Shown: positions 39,108 to 52,068, counted from the stretch's first letter. The stretch: DNA of 64,000 bases from Candidatus Eiseniibacteriota bacterium (GCA_963702435.1 CAVPCR010000002.1:480001-544000), one strand, 5' to 3'. The notes: generated from the letters alone by a model not told the origin. Numbers and translations: made by a program.

Positions 39108-39763
39108 CGCTTCCTCATCTTCCGCGGGCGGAGCGGCGGGCGCCGCGCCGACGCTCCCGCCGTCAGGTCGACGAGCATGCTGCGGAGCCGCGCCACCGGG
39201 AGACCCACCACGTTCCAGTAACAACCCTCGATGCGATCCACGAACAGGGCCCCGTGCCCCTGGATCCCGTACGCGCCCGCCTTGTCGAAGGGCTCGCCGG
39301 TCGCGACGTAGGCGGCGATCTCCGCCCCGGTCGCGGCACGCATGTGCACGCGCGTGTCCTCCCAGGAGAGGCAACGCGCGCCGCGCTCGACGTCGATGAG
39401 CGCGAGCCCGGTCGTGACGACATGCGTGCGCCCGACGAGCCGCGCGAGCATGCGGGCCGCGGCGCGCGGGCTGGCCGGCTTCCCGAGCACCTCGCCGTCC
39501 ACGACGACGACCGTGTCGGCCCCGAGCACGATGCCGCGCCGGCGCCCGCGCGCCACCGCGGACGCCTTCTCGGCCGCGGCGCGCATCGCGACCTCGCGCG
39601 GGGGCAGACCGGGTTCACCGCGCTCGTCCACGTCGGCCGGACGGATGACGAAGCGCACGCCGAGCTGGCGGAGGATCGCGGCGCGGCGCGGCGAGCCCGA
39701 GGCCAGGATGAAGAGCGCCGGTCCCGCGTAGAGGAGGGAACGGGGAGCGGGCCGCGCACTCAT
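39104..39763 (-). CDS. maf: Maf family nucleoside triphosphate pyrophosphatase
   Basis: ILASGSPRR, GADTVV, GKP, DKAGAYGIQ. Confidence 0.95.
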
Positions 39764-40203
39764 GGTGCGGTCTCGAGCAGGATGGTGACCGGTCCCTGGT
39801 TCACGAGCTCGACCTCCATCATGGCCCCGAAGCGCCCGCACTCGACCGGGATCCCGCGGGCGCGGAGGCCGGCGGCCACCTCCGCGACGAGGGGCGCGGC
39901 GGTCTCCGGCGCGGCGGCGCCCGCGTAGCTCGGCCGCCGGCCCTTCGCGACGTCGCCGTAGAGCGTGAACTGGGAGACGAGGAGCACGGCGCCGCCCACG
40001 TCCTCGAGCGAGCGGTTCATCTTCCCATCCTCGTCGGGAAAGATGCGGAGCTCGGCGAGCTTCCGCACCATCCAGCCGACCTCCGCTGCGCCGTCCCCGG
40101 CGCCGATTCCGAGGAGCACGGCGAGCCCGCGCTCGATCTCTCCGACCCCCTCCCCGTCCACGCGCACCACGGCCCGGCTCACGCGCTGCACGACGGCCCG
40201 CAT
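39760..40203 (-). CDS. dtd: D-aminoacyl-tRNA deacylase
   Basis: MRAVVQRV, SQFTL, NQGPVT. Confidence 0.97.
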   Translation of the reverse strand: MRAVVQRVSRAVVRVDGEGVGEIERGLAVLLGIGAGDGAAEVGWMVRKLAELRIFPDEDGKMNRSLEDVGGAVLLVSQFTLYGDVAKGRRPSYAGAAAPETAAPLVAEVAAGLRARGIPVECGRFGAMMEVELVNQGPVTILLETAP

Positions 40204-40207
40204 CGAG

Positions 40208-42448
40208 CTAGCCGACCTCTTCCTCGGGCTCGGCCACGTCGTCGAGCCGCGCGTCGCCGAACACCTGGTGGCGCTCGACCGCGGTCACGCCCTTCACCTC
40301 GCGCACGGCGCGGATCACCCGATCGAGATGGCGGAGGTTCTTGACCTCGACGAAGAAGGTGCCGCGCACGTTCACGTTGTCCGTCTTCATCTCCGAGCGC
40401 CGGATGTTGGTATCGGCGGAGGAGATGGCCTTGGCGACGTCGGCCAGGAGCCCGCGCCGCTCGGTGCCGGTGACGAGGAGCTTGACCAGGAACGCCTGGT
40501 CCTTGTCGGCGTCCCAGTCGACGTGGATCCGGCGCTCGGGCTCGACGCGCCCCTCGAAGGCGTTCGGGCAGTCGAGCCGGTGCACGGTCACGCCGCGGCC
40601 GCGGGTGACGATCCCGGTGATGCGATCCCCGGGAACCGGCATGCAGCACTTGGCGAAGGTGATCATCAGGTTGTCGAGACCCTGGATCGAGACGCCGCGC
40701 GCGGGCATGCGGGCGAGATCGCGCAGCCCCTCGAGCGAGAAGGTGCGGCGCGGCCGCTCGGGGTGCTCGGCCAGATCGGGGAAGATCTTGGCGAGGACCT
40801 GCTTGAGATTCAGATCGCCGTTGCCCAGCGCGACGCAGAGGCTCTCGACTCCCTCGTAGCCCACCGCCTGCGCGGCATCGGCCAGCTCCTCGGGGGTGGG
40901 CAGCTTCTGGCGGAGCCGCCGCACCTCCTTCTCGAGCATCTCGCGCCCGAGCGCCATCGACTGATCGTGGCGCTGCGCCTTGACCCAGCGGCGGATCTTC
41001 GACCGCGCGCGCGAGGTGACGACGAAGCCGAGCCAGTCGTGCGACGGCTGGCCCTGCGGCGAGGTGATGATCTCGACGTGGTCGCCCGACACGAGCTGGT
41101 AGCGGAGCGGGACGATCCGCCCGTTGATCCGGGCGCCCACTGTGTGCTCGCCGACCTGGGTGTGGATGTGATAGGCGAAGTCGACCGGGGTCGAACCCTG
41201 GGGCAGGTGGATGAGATCGCCCTTCGGCGTGAAGACGAACACCTCGTCCTGGTAGAGCCCGATCTTCACGTACTCGAGGAACTCGGCCGGGGACGTCGCG
41301 TCCTCCGACCACTGCTCGGTCTGGCGCATGATGGCGGCCCAGGCCTGGCTCGCCGCGGTCTCCGCCTCGCCGCTCTCCTTGTACGAGTAGTGCGCGGCCA
41401 CGCCGAGCTCGGCCACCCGGTGCATCTCGCGGCTCCGGATCTGGACCTCGATCAGGTTGTTGCGCGGTCCCACCACAGTCGTGTGCAGCGACTGGTACAT
41501 GTTGCTCTTGGGGGTCGCGATGTAGTCGGTGAAGCGGTCGTGAATCGGGTTGTACAGGTTGTGCACGGCGCCGAGCGCCTTGTAGCAGTCGTCGACGCTG
41601 GTCGTGATGATGCGGACGCCAAGGAGATCGTAGATGTCCTCGAACGGCCGGCCCTGGTCCTGCATCTTCTTCGCGATCGAGTAGAAGTGCTTGGGCCGGC
41701 CCGCCACCTCGGCCTTGATCCCGAGATCGACCAGGCGGCGGTGGATGTGGGCCTTGATCTCGTCCAGGTAGCGCTCGCGCTCGCCGCGACGCATCTCGAC
41801 CTTGCGCGAGATCTCGCGGTAGAGCTCGGGGTTCAGGTGCTTGAAGGCGAGGTCCTCGAGCTCCCACTTGACGGTGGCGATGCCGAGGCGATGGGCGAGC
41901 GGGGCGTAGATGTCGAGGGTCTCGGTCGCGATCTCGAGGGCGCGCTCCCGCTTCAGGTGCTCGAGCGTGCGCATGTTGTGCAGGCGATCGCCGAGCTTGA
42001 TCAGCACCACCCGGATGTCCTTGGCCATGGACAGGAGCATCTTGCGGAAGGTGTTGGCCTGCTCGTGCAGGCGATCGCCCATCGACAGGCCGGAGATCTT
42101 GGTGAGCGCGTCGACCAGCCGCGCCACCGGCGCACCGAAGCGGCTCTCCACTTCAGCGAGGGAGATCTTGGTGTCCTCGACGACATCGTGGAGGAGGGCG
42201 GCGGTGATCAGGGTCTCATCGATGCGCGACTCGAGCATCTCGACGAGGATCAGGCAGACCTCGACGCAGTGGGTGATATAGGGGTCGCCCGAGCGGCGGA
42301 GCTGGTAGCCGTGCGCGGACTTGGAGAAGTCGTAGGCGCGGCGGACGCGGTCGACGTCGAAACCCGGACGCACGGTCTTGGCCTGGGTGAGGAGCCCGGC
42401 GAACAGGATGTCCGGGTTGCGGTTCGACCGCGGGAGATGATCAGCCAT
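40208..42448 (-). CDS. relA: bifunctional (p)ppGpp synthetase/hydrolase (Rel/SpoT)
   Basis: HD domain LLHDVVED, GRPKH, YQSLHT, EVQIR, TGS and ACT domains. Confidence 0.96.
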   Translation of the reverse strand: MADHLPRSNRNPDILFAGLLTQAKTVRPGFDVDRVRRAYDFSKSAHGYQLRRSGDPYITHCVEVCLILVEMLESRIDETLITAALLHDVVEDTKISLAEVESRFGAPVARLVDALTKISGLSMGDRLHEQANTFRKMLLSMAKDIRVVLIKLGDRLHNMRTLEHLKRERALEIATETLDIYAPLAHRLGIATVKWELEDLAFKHLNPELYREISRKVEMRRGERERYLDEIKAHIHRRLVDLGIKAEVAGRPKHFYSIAKKMQDQGRPFEDIYDLLGVRIITTSVDDCYKALGAVHNLYNPIHDRFTDYIATPKSNMYQSLHTTVVGPRNNLIEVQIRSREMHRVAELGVAAHYSYKESGEAETAASQAWAAIMRQTEQWSEDATSPAEFLEYVKIGLYQDEVFVFTPKGDLIHLPQGSTPVDFAYHIHTQVGEHTVGARINGRIVPLRYQLVSGDHVEIITSPQGQPSHDWLGFVVTSRARSKIRRWVKAQRHDQSMALGREMLEKEVRRLRQKLPTPEELADAAQAVGYEGVESLCVALGNGDLNLKQVLAKIFPDLAEHPERPRRTFSLEGLRDLARMPARGVSIQGLDNLMITFAKCCMPVPGDRITGIVTRGRGVTVHRLDCPNAFEGRVEPERRIHVDWDADKDQAFLVKLLVTGTERRGLLADVAKAISSADTNIRRSEMKTDNVNVRGTFFVEVKNLRHLDRVIRAVREVKGVTAVERHQVFGDARLDDVAEPEEEVG

Positions 42449-42521
42449 CGTCTATCGCGTGACGCGCCTCGCTCGAGCCGCCCGTCGCGCCGGGCCGGAG
42501 TGCCCGCCCGGATCGCGGAAA

Positions 42522-42910
42522 CGAAGACCGGAGTCGGTGGTAAGCCGGGTTCTGTCGGACCCCGAGGGGTCCGCGGCGACCATTCGTCTGGGACGTCCGT
42601 TGCCGGACGCCTCGAGCAGCCTACCCGGGAGTCATGACGAGACGGGCCGTCTCTCCTCCCCTATTTGGCCTTGCTCCAGGTGGGGTTTACCGAGCTGCCG
42701 GCGTCACCGCCGGCACTGGTGAGCTCTTACCTCGCCGTTTCACCCTTGCCGTCTCCGCCGTGAGGCGGAGCTTGGGCGGTCTATTCTCTGTGGCACTTTC
42801 CCTAGGATCGCTCCCGCTGGGGGTTACCCAGCACCCTGCCCTGTGGAGCCCGGACTTTCCTCGAGCCACCTGGCGGCAGCCCGCGGCCGCCTCACCGGCT
42901 CCGGTCTTCG
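42522..42910 (-). ncRNA. rnpB: RNase P RNA (class A)
   Basis: GAGGAAAGTCCGGGCTC ... ACAGAACCCGGCTTA signature; terminal P1 helix GAAGACCGGAG/CTCCGGTCTTC; upstream TACAAT. Confidence 0.97.
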
Positions 42911-42972
42911 CACTTCATTGTACCCGTGGTCCGGTCCGCGGGCGCCGCGTTTTTCCCGCCCGGCCGGGACAC

Positions 42973-43380
42973 TCAGGCGTCATCCAGAACCGCGTTGGCC
43001 AGCCGGTCGGCCTCGGTGTTCATCTCCCGGGGCACGTGCTCGATCGCGAAGCGCTTGAACTTCCGCTTGAGCGCGCTCGCCTCCTGGTGGAGCACCTTGA
43101 GCGCCTCGTTCTTCACGCGGTAGCGCCCGTCCATCTGGCGAACGACGAGCTCCGAGTCCATGCGCACGGTCACCTCCTCGGCGCCGTGGTGGGCGGCCGC
43201 GGTCAGACCGAGGATGAGCGCCCGGTACTCGGCCACGTTGTTGGTCGCGCGGCCGAGCGCGCAGGACAGCTCGTCCACGACCTCTCCGTCCGGGGATAGG
43301 AGCACGGCACCGCCGGCCGCCGGTCCCGGGTTCCCGCGCGCGGCTCCGTCGGCGTACACGATGAGCGCACGCCCGCTCAC
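42973..43380 (-). CDS. ribonuclease HI family protein
   Basis: YADGAARGNPG, TNNVAEY, DSELVV.Q, N.EADRLAN. Confidence 0.9.
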   Translation of the reverse strand: MSGRALIVYADGAARGNPGPAAGGAVLLSPDGEVVDELSCALGRATNNVAEYRALILGLTAAAHHGAEEVTVRMDSELVVRQMDGRYRVKNEALKVLHQEASALKRKFKRFAIEHVPREMNTEADRLANAVLDDA

Positions 43381-44099
43381 GAGTAGCCGCTCTCCTCGTC
43401 CCACACGAGGATCCGGCTGCAGTCGTCGCAGAAGACGAGCCGCTCGGCGAGCCGGGCCTCGTTCACGCGCTGCGGCGGCAGCGCGGCGAAGCAACCGCCG
43501 CAGGCGCCCTTCACGACCGGCACCACGGCTAGCCCGTGCTTGCCGCGGGCCAGCCGCTCGTAGCGCCCGCGCAGCTCCGGCTCGAGGTCGCCGAGCAGGC
43601 GGCCTCTCTCGGCGTTCGTCGCCCCGAGCTCGGTCTCGCAGCGCTGCTTCTCCTGGTCCAGGATCCGCTTCTCGCCGCCGAGGTCCGCGATCTCCTTCTC
43701 CGCGCGCGTGCGCTCGCTCTTGAGCCGGCGACCGACCTCCTCCTCGCGCTCCATGAGCGCGAGCGCCTCGTTCTCGAGGGCGGTCTTCTTGAGCTTGGCC
43801 TCCGCGATCTGCTTCAGCATGGCCGTGTACTCGGTGTTGTTGCGAATCGCGTTCAGCTTGGCCGAGTCGCTGCCCATCTGCGCGGCGATGGCGAGCGCCT
43901 CCTGTTCGCGATCGCGGCGCTTCTTGCCCGCCTCCTCCAGCTCCTTCTCGAGGCGGGCCAGGTCCGCCCGCTGGCGGAGGATCTCCGCCTCGACCTTGGC
44001 GAAGCGGGCCGGCATCGCGTCGAGCCGATCGTGAATGGCGCGGCCCTCGCGGTCTATGCGCGCGAGGACGCCGAGGACTTCCAGGATGGCGGCTTTCAT
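43377..44099 (-). CDS. coiled-coil C4-type zinc-ribbon protein (DUF164-like)
   Basis: Long coiled coil, CGGC...CDDC.RIL. Confidence 0.88.
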   Translation of the reverse strand: MKAAILEVLGVLARIDREGRAIHDRLDAMPARFAKVEAEILRQRADLARLEKELEEAGKKRRDREQEALAIAAQMGSDSAKLNAIRNNTEYTAMLKQIAEAKLKKTALENEALALMEREEEVGRRLKSERTRAEKEIADLGGEKRILDQEKQRCETELGATNAERGRLLGDLEPELRGRYERLARGKHGLAVVPVVKGACGGCFAALPPQRVNEARLAERLVFCDDCSRILVWDEESGYS

Positions 44100-44292
44100 G
44101 GTCGCTACGCTCCACCTCCGCCCGAAAAGCCAACGAGGAGCATGCCTCGAGGCACGCTCCTCGTTCTGTTCGCTGCGCGCGCCGCGCGCGAGCCGACCCG
44201 GACGGCCGGGTAACTACGGCCCGCTCGCCCGCCCGGGCCGGAACGCGCTCTCGCCGCTCCTGCCGGCGCCGAGCGGCGCGGCGTTCGAAGCA

Positions 44293-44368
44293 TGGTGGGC
44301 GGAACAGGGCTCGAACCTGTGACCCCCTGGTTGTGATCCTGGTGCTCTGCCAGCTGAGCTACCCGCCC
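44293..44368 (-). tRNA. tRNA-Val (anticodon CAC), atypical anticodon arm
   Basis: Cloverleaf GGGCGGG...TTCGAG...ACCA; A29:A41 mismatch and A32. Confidence 0.8.
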
Positions 44369-44434
44369 TTCTCGTGCGGCGCCCCGGTGCCGGTCCCGCC
44401 GGCCGGCCCGCTCGCGGCCCCGGCTCGTGTACCG

Positions 44435-44508
44435 TGGGCCCACTTGGATTCGAACCAAGGACCAACCGGTTATGAGCCGGCCGCTCTGACCACCTGAGCT
44501 ATGGGCCC
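44435..44508 (-). tRNA. tRNA-Ile2 (anticodon CAT)
   Basis: GGGCCCATAGCTCAG...GCCGGCTCATAACCGGT...TTCGAAT; typical position downstream of rpoD; no encoded CCA. Confidence 0.85.
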
Positions 44509-44620
44509 ACGAACCGGAGGAGACCTCAGCACGGCGCCCGCACCCGCCTGCAAGCCCCGCCGGCGGCAGGATCCCCGGTGCCGGCCGGCGCGGCGCACTC
44601 GCAGGCGCGGCGGGTCCCGG

Positions 44621-46380
<1,760 letters not shown>

Positions 46381-46525
46381 GAACGCCCTTTCTCCCGGCC
46401 CTCGTTCGCCGCGCGGGCCACTCCCGCCGGCGCGGCCGTCGTGAGCTCGCGGCCCGGACATGCCGCCGCGCGCGAACCGGCGATCCGCGCGCAGTGGAAA
46501 CTGGCTGTGCGGTTGGTCGTGTCCA

Positions 46526-48379
46526 TCATCCTGACTGGATGAGGTGCTGCACGCGTTCGAGGAGGGGCTCGATCTCGTCCCCGCGCCCCGCCGCCTCGTG
46601 CTCGCGAATGAGTTCCCGGAGACGGGCGATCTCCGCCTTGTGCCGGCGCGATCGGAGTCGCGCGATGAGATCGCTCGCCAAGGCCTCCGCGCCTTCCTCG
46701 CCGGCCGCCGGATCGACGGCCAGTTCCGTGATGAGGTTGCCCAAGGCGGCATCCGCCTCGGGGCCGATCAGGTCGGCAGGACGGATCGATTGATTCGCTT
46801 CTTCGCGGGCGAGGAGCAAGGCCCACAGGCGCTTGCACTCGGGAGTCCCGAAGTCGTCGCTCTCGAGCTCGGCCCGCATCCGCCGGACGAGCTCCGGGCG
46901 GCCCAGGGCGAGTGCGAGGATCTCGCGGTCCATGGCGCCACCCCGTGCCCGAGCAGCGAGGCCCGACCCCGGGCCGCGACTGCCCCCGGTTCGCCCCCCC
47001 GCGGCCGCCGCCGGCCGCCGGTCGAGCCCGTCCAAGGTCCGGCCGGCCTCCCCGGCCTGGCCGCGGTCGATCCCGGTTCGGGCCTGGCGTTCCCGGGCCA
47101 CTCGCGCGACCGCGATCTCCCGGGCCAGCGACGGCTCCGCGAAACCGAGAGCGCGCGCCGCATCCTCGGAGAAGAGACGCAAATCGGCCCCTGGCGGCAG
47201 AAAAGATCCCAAATGCACGAGCTCGCGCAGAGCCTCGGCCCTCGCCTCTTCTTTCGAGCGCGCCATGTAGCAAAGGGTAACAACAAATTGTACCACCGAT
47301 GAGGCCTGCTTGACCACCCCTTCCACCGCCGCGGCCCCGCCCCGGCGGACGAGGCTGTCGGGGTCGTCACCGCCGGGGATCAGGGCCACCCGGACGGCGA
47401 GCCCCTCCGCGAGGAGCGGCGGCAGGGAGCGGAGGATGGCCGCCCGCCCGGCGTCGTCCCCGTCGAAGAAGAGGAGGATCTGGCGGGCATGCCGGCCCAG
47501 GAGCCGGGCATGGCGGTCGCTCAAGGCCGTCCCCGAGACGGCCACCGCCGCCCCGAAACCGGCCTGTTGCAGGGCGAGGACATCCATGTAGCCCTCGACG
47601 ATCCAGGCCGTCCCCTGTCGGGCGAGCGTCCCCCTCGCCGCCTGGAGCCCGTAGAGCACCTCGCGCTTGTGGTAGACCGCGGTCTCGGGGCTGTTCAGGT
47701 ACTTGGGCTCCGAGCCGTCCATGCTGCGCGCCCCGAAGCCGACCGCGTGTCCTCCGGGGCCGATGATCGGGAAGATGAGCCGATCGCGGAAGCGATCGTA
47801 GTTGCGATCCTCGCCGCGATCGACGAGCAGCCCGGCGGCGATGAGCGTCTTCAGACCCTGCGCATCGCCGAGTCGCCGGCGCAGGCTGTCGAAGCCGGGG
47901 AGCGCGTAGCCGAGGCGGAAGAGACGCGCCGTGTCCTCGCGGATTCCGCGCTCGACGAGATAGGCGCGCGCACGGCGGCCCGCGTCGCGCTGCCACAGGT
48001 TCTGCTCGAAGAAGCGCGTCGCCTCCTCGAGCGCGGCGAAGAGGCGGCCCGGGCCGGCCTCGCCCAGAGCGCGCGCCGACTCCGGCTCCCGCGGCAGCGT
48101 GATCCCCGCGCGCCCGGCCAGGAGCTCGATCGCCTCGCGGAACTCGAGGCCCTGGTTCTTCATGAGGAAACTGAACACGTTGCCGCCGACGGAGCAGCCG
48201 AAGCAGTGATAGGTCTGGCGATCCGGGCTCACGATGAACGACGGGGTCTTCTCCTCATGAAACGGACAGAGGCCCTTGTAATTCCGCCCGGCGGCGACGA
48301 GCGGCACGTACTCGCCGATCACCTCGACGATGTTCGTCGCGGCGCGCACCTCGTCGATGATCTCGTCAGGAATCCGCAT
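46526..48379 (-). CDS. dnaG: DNA primase
   Basis: [11 protein letters not shown]...CFGC zinc finger, [25 protein letters not shown]. Confidence 0.97.
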   Translation of the reverse strand: MRIPDEIIDEVRAATNIVEVIGEYVPLVAAGRNYKGLCPFHEEKTPSFIVSPDRQTYHCFGCSVGGNVFSFLMKNQGLEFREAIELLAGRAGITLPREPESARALGEAGPGRLFAALEEATRFFEQNLWQRDAGRRARAYLVERGIREDTARLFRLGYALPGFDSLRRRLGDAQGLKTLIAAGLLVDRGEDRNYDRFRDRLIFPIIGPGGHAVGFGARSMDGSEPKYLNSPETAVYHKREVLYGLQAARGTLARQGTAWIVEGYMDVLALQQAGFGAAVAVSGTALSDRHARLLGRHARQILLFFDGDDAGRAAILRSLPPLLAEGLAVRVALIPGGDDPDSLVRRGGAAAVEGVVKQASSVVQFVVTLCYMARSKEEARAEALRELVHLGSFLPPGADLRLFSEDAARALGFAEPSLAREIAVARVARERQARTGIDRGQAGEAGRTLDGLDRRPAAAAGGRTGGSRGPGSGLAARARGGAMDREILALALGRPELVRRMRAELESDDFGTPECKRLWALLLAREEANQSIRPADLIGPEADAALGNLITELAVDPAAGEEGAEALASDLIARLRSRRHKAEIARLRELIREHEAAGRGDEIEPLLERVQHLIQSG

Positions 48380-48437
48380 GCCGCTCCCGCTGGCCCACAA
48401 CGATCTCCGGCGATCTCCAGTCCCGGCGCAACCCGCC

Positions 48438-50939
48438 TCAGGCGATCTCGACCATCGTCACCCCGGCCCCGCCCTCGCCCGTCTCTCCAGGACGGAACGA
48501 GGCGACGCGGGGATGCGTGCCGAGGAACTCGGTCACCCGCGCCTTGAGCACCCCGGTCCCCTTGCCGTGGATCAGGCGCACGAGGCTCAGTCCGTGCACC
48601 GCCGCCTGCTCGAGATAGCGCTCGACCGCAGCCACCGCCTCGTCTCCGGTCAGGCCGCGGAGATCCAGCTCGAAGCTCGGCGGCGGCTCGACCGTGACCT
48701 CGCGCACGGGCAAGCGCGCGACCGGGCGGGCCAGGGCACGCTCCTCCACGGTGGCCGGCCGCAGCCGATCGCCGTGGATCTCGAGCTTGAACCCGCCGCG
48801 CCGGACGAGGACGCGTCCGGCGTGATCCGGACCCTTCACGACCTCGACCACGGTCGCGAGGTCGATGGCCCAGAACGCGGCCCCCGGTTCGAACCCGGAC
48901 CCGCTCGCGCCCGGAGGAGGCGCCGGCGCGCGCACCGCTCGCCCGTCCCGCGCCGAGCGGAGCTTCCCGGCCAGGATCTCGATCTCGCGCCCGAGGCCCT
49001 GGCCGGACTCGGCCGCCTGCTCGTCCGCCGGGGGCTCGAAAGCCGCCGGGCTGGCCGCCACGGCTCCCGCCGCGGGGCGCGTCGCATCCGGCCGGCTCGC
49101 CGGTCCGGGCTCGCTCCGCGCTCCCGCGAGGCGAAGAGCCCGGCGCGCCGCCCGGACCAGTTCGTCCGCCTCGTGTACTACCCCTTGGGCCCGTTCTTGC
49201 GCCCGCTCGACCACTCGATCGCGGAGAGCGCGTGCTTCCGCGAGCCGGCCCCGGTACTTCGCAAGGAGCGCGCCGAGAGCCCGGCGGTCGGCGGCGAGGT
49301 CGCCCGCGGCCTGGGCGAGCGCGAGCCGGCGCTTCTCGACATCGGCGATGAGCTCGCTCAGGTGATGCTCGCTCGCGGGCACCAGGGCACGCGCGCGATC
49401 GAGCGCGGCGGCCGGGAAACCCAGCCGGTCGGCCACCTCGAGCCCCAGGCTCCGCCCGGGCACGCCGGGGATCAGCGCATAAAGCGGCGTGTGATCTCGC
49501 GGATCGAAAGCCATGGAAGCATTCAAGATGGATGGGTTCGACATGGCCATCCCCTTGAGTGTTCCATGATGTGTGGTGACGACCGCAACGGCCCCGCCGG
49601 CGGAGAGCGCTTCGAGCACGGCCTGGCCGAGCGCCGCCCCCTCGGCAGGGTCGGTGCCCGCTCCGAGCTCGTCGAGGAGGACGAGGGTCTGCGGCCCGGG
49701 CGAGTCAACGGCGTCCTTCAGGTTCCGGACGTGCGAGGCGAAGGTGGACAGGTTCTCTTCGATCGACTGCTCGTCCCCGATGTCGGCGACGATGGTCGGG
49801 AAGAACCCGAGCTCAGTGCCGTCAGCGGCCGGGACGCCGAGCCCGGACATGGCCATCAGGGTGAGGAGCCCGAGCGTCTTGAGCGCGACCGTCTTGCCGC
49901 CCATGTTGGGCCCCGTGATGACGAGGATCCGCGCCGGCGCGCCGAGGGCCAGCGTGAGCGGGACGACCTCCTCCCCGAGCGCCTCTCTCGCGCGCGCGAC
50001 GAGCGGGTGCCGCCCGTTCTTCAAGTCGATCGGCCCACCCCGGCGGAGCACCGGGAGCACGCACCGCCAGTCGCGGGCGAGGCGGCCCTTGGCGCGGAGC
50101 GCGTCGAGCTCGCCGAGGGCGGCGGCCGAGCGTGCAAGCTCGGAAGCGAGGGGGCCCACGCGGGCGGTGAGCTCGGCCAGGATGCGGCGCACCTCGGCCC
50201 GTTCGGCTTCCTCATCCTCGCGCAGGCGATTGCCGAGCTCGACCACCTCGAAGGGCTCGAGGAAGACGGTGGCGCCCGAGGCCGAGCGGTCGTGCACGAC
50301 CCCGCGCACGCGGCCGAGGAGCTCGACCGGCACCGCGACCGTGTAGCGGCCGCCGCGCTCGGTGACGAAGGACTCCGCCCCGATGCGGCCGGCCAGCCGC
50401 TCGAGGCGCTCGCCGATCGCCACCCTCGTCGATTCGATGCGGCGACGCAGGCGCTCGAGCGCGGCGCTTGCCCCGTCGCGCACCCGGGCGTGCTCGTCGA
50501 TCGCGCGCTCGATCGCCTGCTCGAGGGCGAGGTGCCGCCCTAGCCGCGGGGCGGTCTCCGCGGCGAGGGAGGGCGCATCGGCCGCGCGCGTGTCGAGCAT
50601 GTCGTGCACGACCCGGGCGGTACGCGCAACGAGCGCCACATCGCGCAGCTCGGGCGGATCGAGCACCGCCCCCGGGGTCGCCGCGGCGTCGAGCGGCGCC
50701 CGCACATCGGGCACGGCGAGGCTCGGCGGCGACGGCGCGCCGCTCTCGAGCGCGAGCCATTCGCCGAGGTCGCGCGCCCGCGCCACCGCGCGCTCCAGAT
50801 CGGGGGCCGGCGCGGTCCCGAGCGCGAGCTCCCGCCCGAGAGCCGAGTCCGCGCGCCGCGCGATCTCGGGGAGGATCTTCCCGAACTCGAGAACCGAGAG
50901 GGTGTGTTCGGTGATGCCCGGGGGCGCGGACTCGGGCAT
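48438..50939 (-). CDS. mutS2: endonuclease MutS2
   Basis: TGPNMGGKT, DIGDEQS, DELGAGTDP, C-terminal Smr IHGKGTG. Confidence 0.95.
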   Translation of the reverse strand: MPESAPPGITEHTLSVLEFGKILPEIARRADSALGRELALGTAPAPDLERAVARARDLGEWLALESGAPSPPSLAVPDVRAPLDAAATPGAVLDPPELRDVALVARTARVVHDMLDTRAADAPSLAAETAPRLGRHLALEQAIERAIDEHARVRDGASAALERLRRRIESTRVAIGERLERLAGRIGAESFVTERGGRYTVAVPVELLGRVRGVVHDRSASGATVFLEPFEVVELGNRLREDEEAERAEVRRILAELTARVGPLASELARSAAALGELDALRAKGRLARDWRCVLPVLRRGGPIDLKNGRHPLVARAREALGEEVVPLTLALGAPARILVITGPNMGGKTVALKTLGLLTLMAMSGLGVPAADGTELGFFPTIVADIGDEQSIEENLSTFASHVRNLKDAVDSPGPQTLVLLDELGAGTDPAEGAALGQAVLEALSAGGAVAVVTTHHGTLKGMAMSNPSILNASMAFDPRDHTPLYALIPGVPGRSLGLEVADRLGFPAAALDRARALVPASEHHLSELIADVEKRRLALAQAAGDLAADRRALGALLAKYRGRLAEARALRDRVVERAQERAQGVVHEADELVRAARRALRLAGARSEPGPASRPDATRPAAGAVAASPAAFEPPADEQAAESGQGLGREIEILAGKLRSARDGRAVRAPAPPPGASGSGFEPGAAFWAIDLATVVEVVKGPDHAGRVLVRRGGFKLEIHGDRLRPATVEERALARPVARLPVREVTVEPPPSFELDLRGLTGDEAVAAVERYLEQAAVHGLSLVRLIHGKGTGVLKARVTEFLGTHPRVASFRPGETGEGGAGVTMVEIA

Positions 50940-51523
50940 CAGATCTCTTCGGATTCGGCGGGCCGCGCGCGCCGGCCCAGGATGTCGTCGCGAGCCGCCG
51001 CGAGCCGTTCCGCGAGCGGATGGAGGATCGGCAGCGGTCCGGCGAGATACCCGAGCTCGCTCGCTCCGGCGGCGAGGAGGAACGGAGCGGCCTGCCCGCT
51101 CGCGACCTCGTCCCTCACCCGGCGCACCGGCCCCTTGAACTCGAGGAGGGCGAGGATGACGAGGCTCAGGACGAGGACGCCCAGGCAACCCGCGAGGGCG
51201 GCGCCGAGGAGTCGGTCCGCGGGGGCGAACGGGAGCTTGAGCCAGGTGGACGTCGCCCGCGCCGCGATCGAGCGCGAGAACGCGAGCACGAAGCCGAGGG
51301 TCGCGAAGAAGACGATGGGGACGAGGAGGAGGAGCCAGGTGTCGGGAATGGGAGCGGCCGCCGCCGCCAGCGTGAGGGCGACCGCAGCGAGGAGGCTCAG
51401 CACCGTGGCCAGCGAATAGAGGGCCATCCCGACAAGACCCCGCCGGAGGCCCGTCCCCACGATGCCGAGGAGGATGATCCCGAGGACGAGGTCGGCCAGG
51501 TTCAAGGTGTGGCCTCGATGCAT
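50939..51523 (-). CDS. CvpA family membrane protein
   Basis: D...GLRRGL, DRLLGA.LG pattern, 4 TM segments; next to mutS2. Confidence 0.75.
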   Translation of the reverse strand: MHRGHTLNLADLVLGIILLGIVGTGLRRGLVGMALYSLATVLSLLAAVALTLAAAAAPIPDTWLLLLVPIVFFATLGFVLAFSRSIAARATSTWLKLPFAPADRLLGAALAGCLGVLVLSLVILALLEFKGPVRRVRDEVASGQAAPFLLAAGASELGYLAGPLPILHPLAERLAAARDDILGRRARPAESEEI

Positions 51524-51637
51524 GGGGTCCCGCCCGCTGCTTGCGGGTCCGTCCGCGGGCGGCGCAAGCCCGGCCGTTCGTCTTGAGGCGAGGCCCCGGA
51601 GTTCGCGCCCGGGGTCTCCGCTCACTTCATCGAGTGA

Positions 51638-51838
51638 CTAAACGTCGCGATCGAGGAGCATGCGGCTTATGGCCTTGCGCCGGGCGGCATTCGCCTTTCG
51701 CTTCTTCCGCTCCGACGGCTTCTCGAAGTGCTGGTGCTTGCGCAGATCGGACAGGATGCCTGCCTTCTCGCACTTCTTCTTGAACCGCCGGAGTGCGCTC
51801 TCGAATGACTCGTTGTCCTTGACCCTCACGCCCAGCAT
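51638..51838 (-). CDS. rpsU: 30S ribosomal protein S21
   Basis: [12 protein letters not shown]...FEKPSERKK. Confidence 0.96.
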   Translation of the reverse strand: MLGVRVKDNESFESALRRFKKKCEKAGILSDLRKHQHFEKPSERKKRKANAARRKAISRMLLDRDV

Positions 51839-52038
51839 GAAGACCGACCTCCTCGACGATCCGCTCGCTCGAAGCTCGGGGATATCTCGCGCAATGGTTG
51901 GTGCCGCGGCGCGAGCGCCGCGGACAAGACGCCCGGCCGCCTCGTAGACAACCGGGAGGACGAGAACCGACCCCGAGCCAACGCAACGTGTTGCTGCACA
52001 CGCCGAACCACGCCTGCCGGAGGAAGGTCCAGTCTCCG

Positions 52039-52068
52039 ATTATAAGGGCGGCCGCGCGGCCCTGTCAA
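52039..52068 (-). promoter_or_regulatory. sigma70 promoter of the rpsU...dnaG-rpoD operon
   Basis: Perfect TTGACA-18 bp-TATAAT. Confidence 0.8.
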
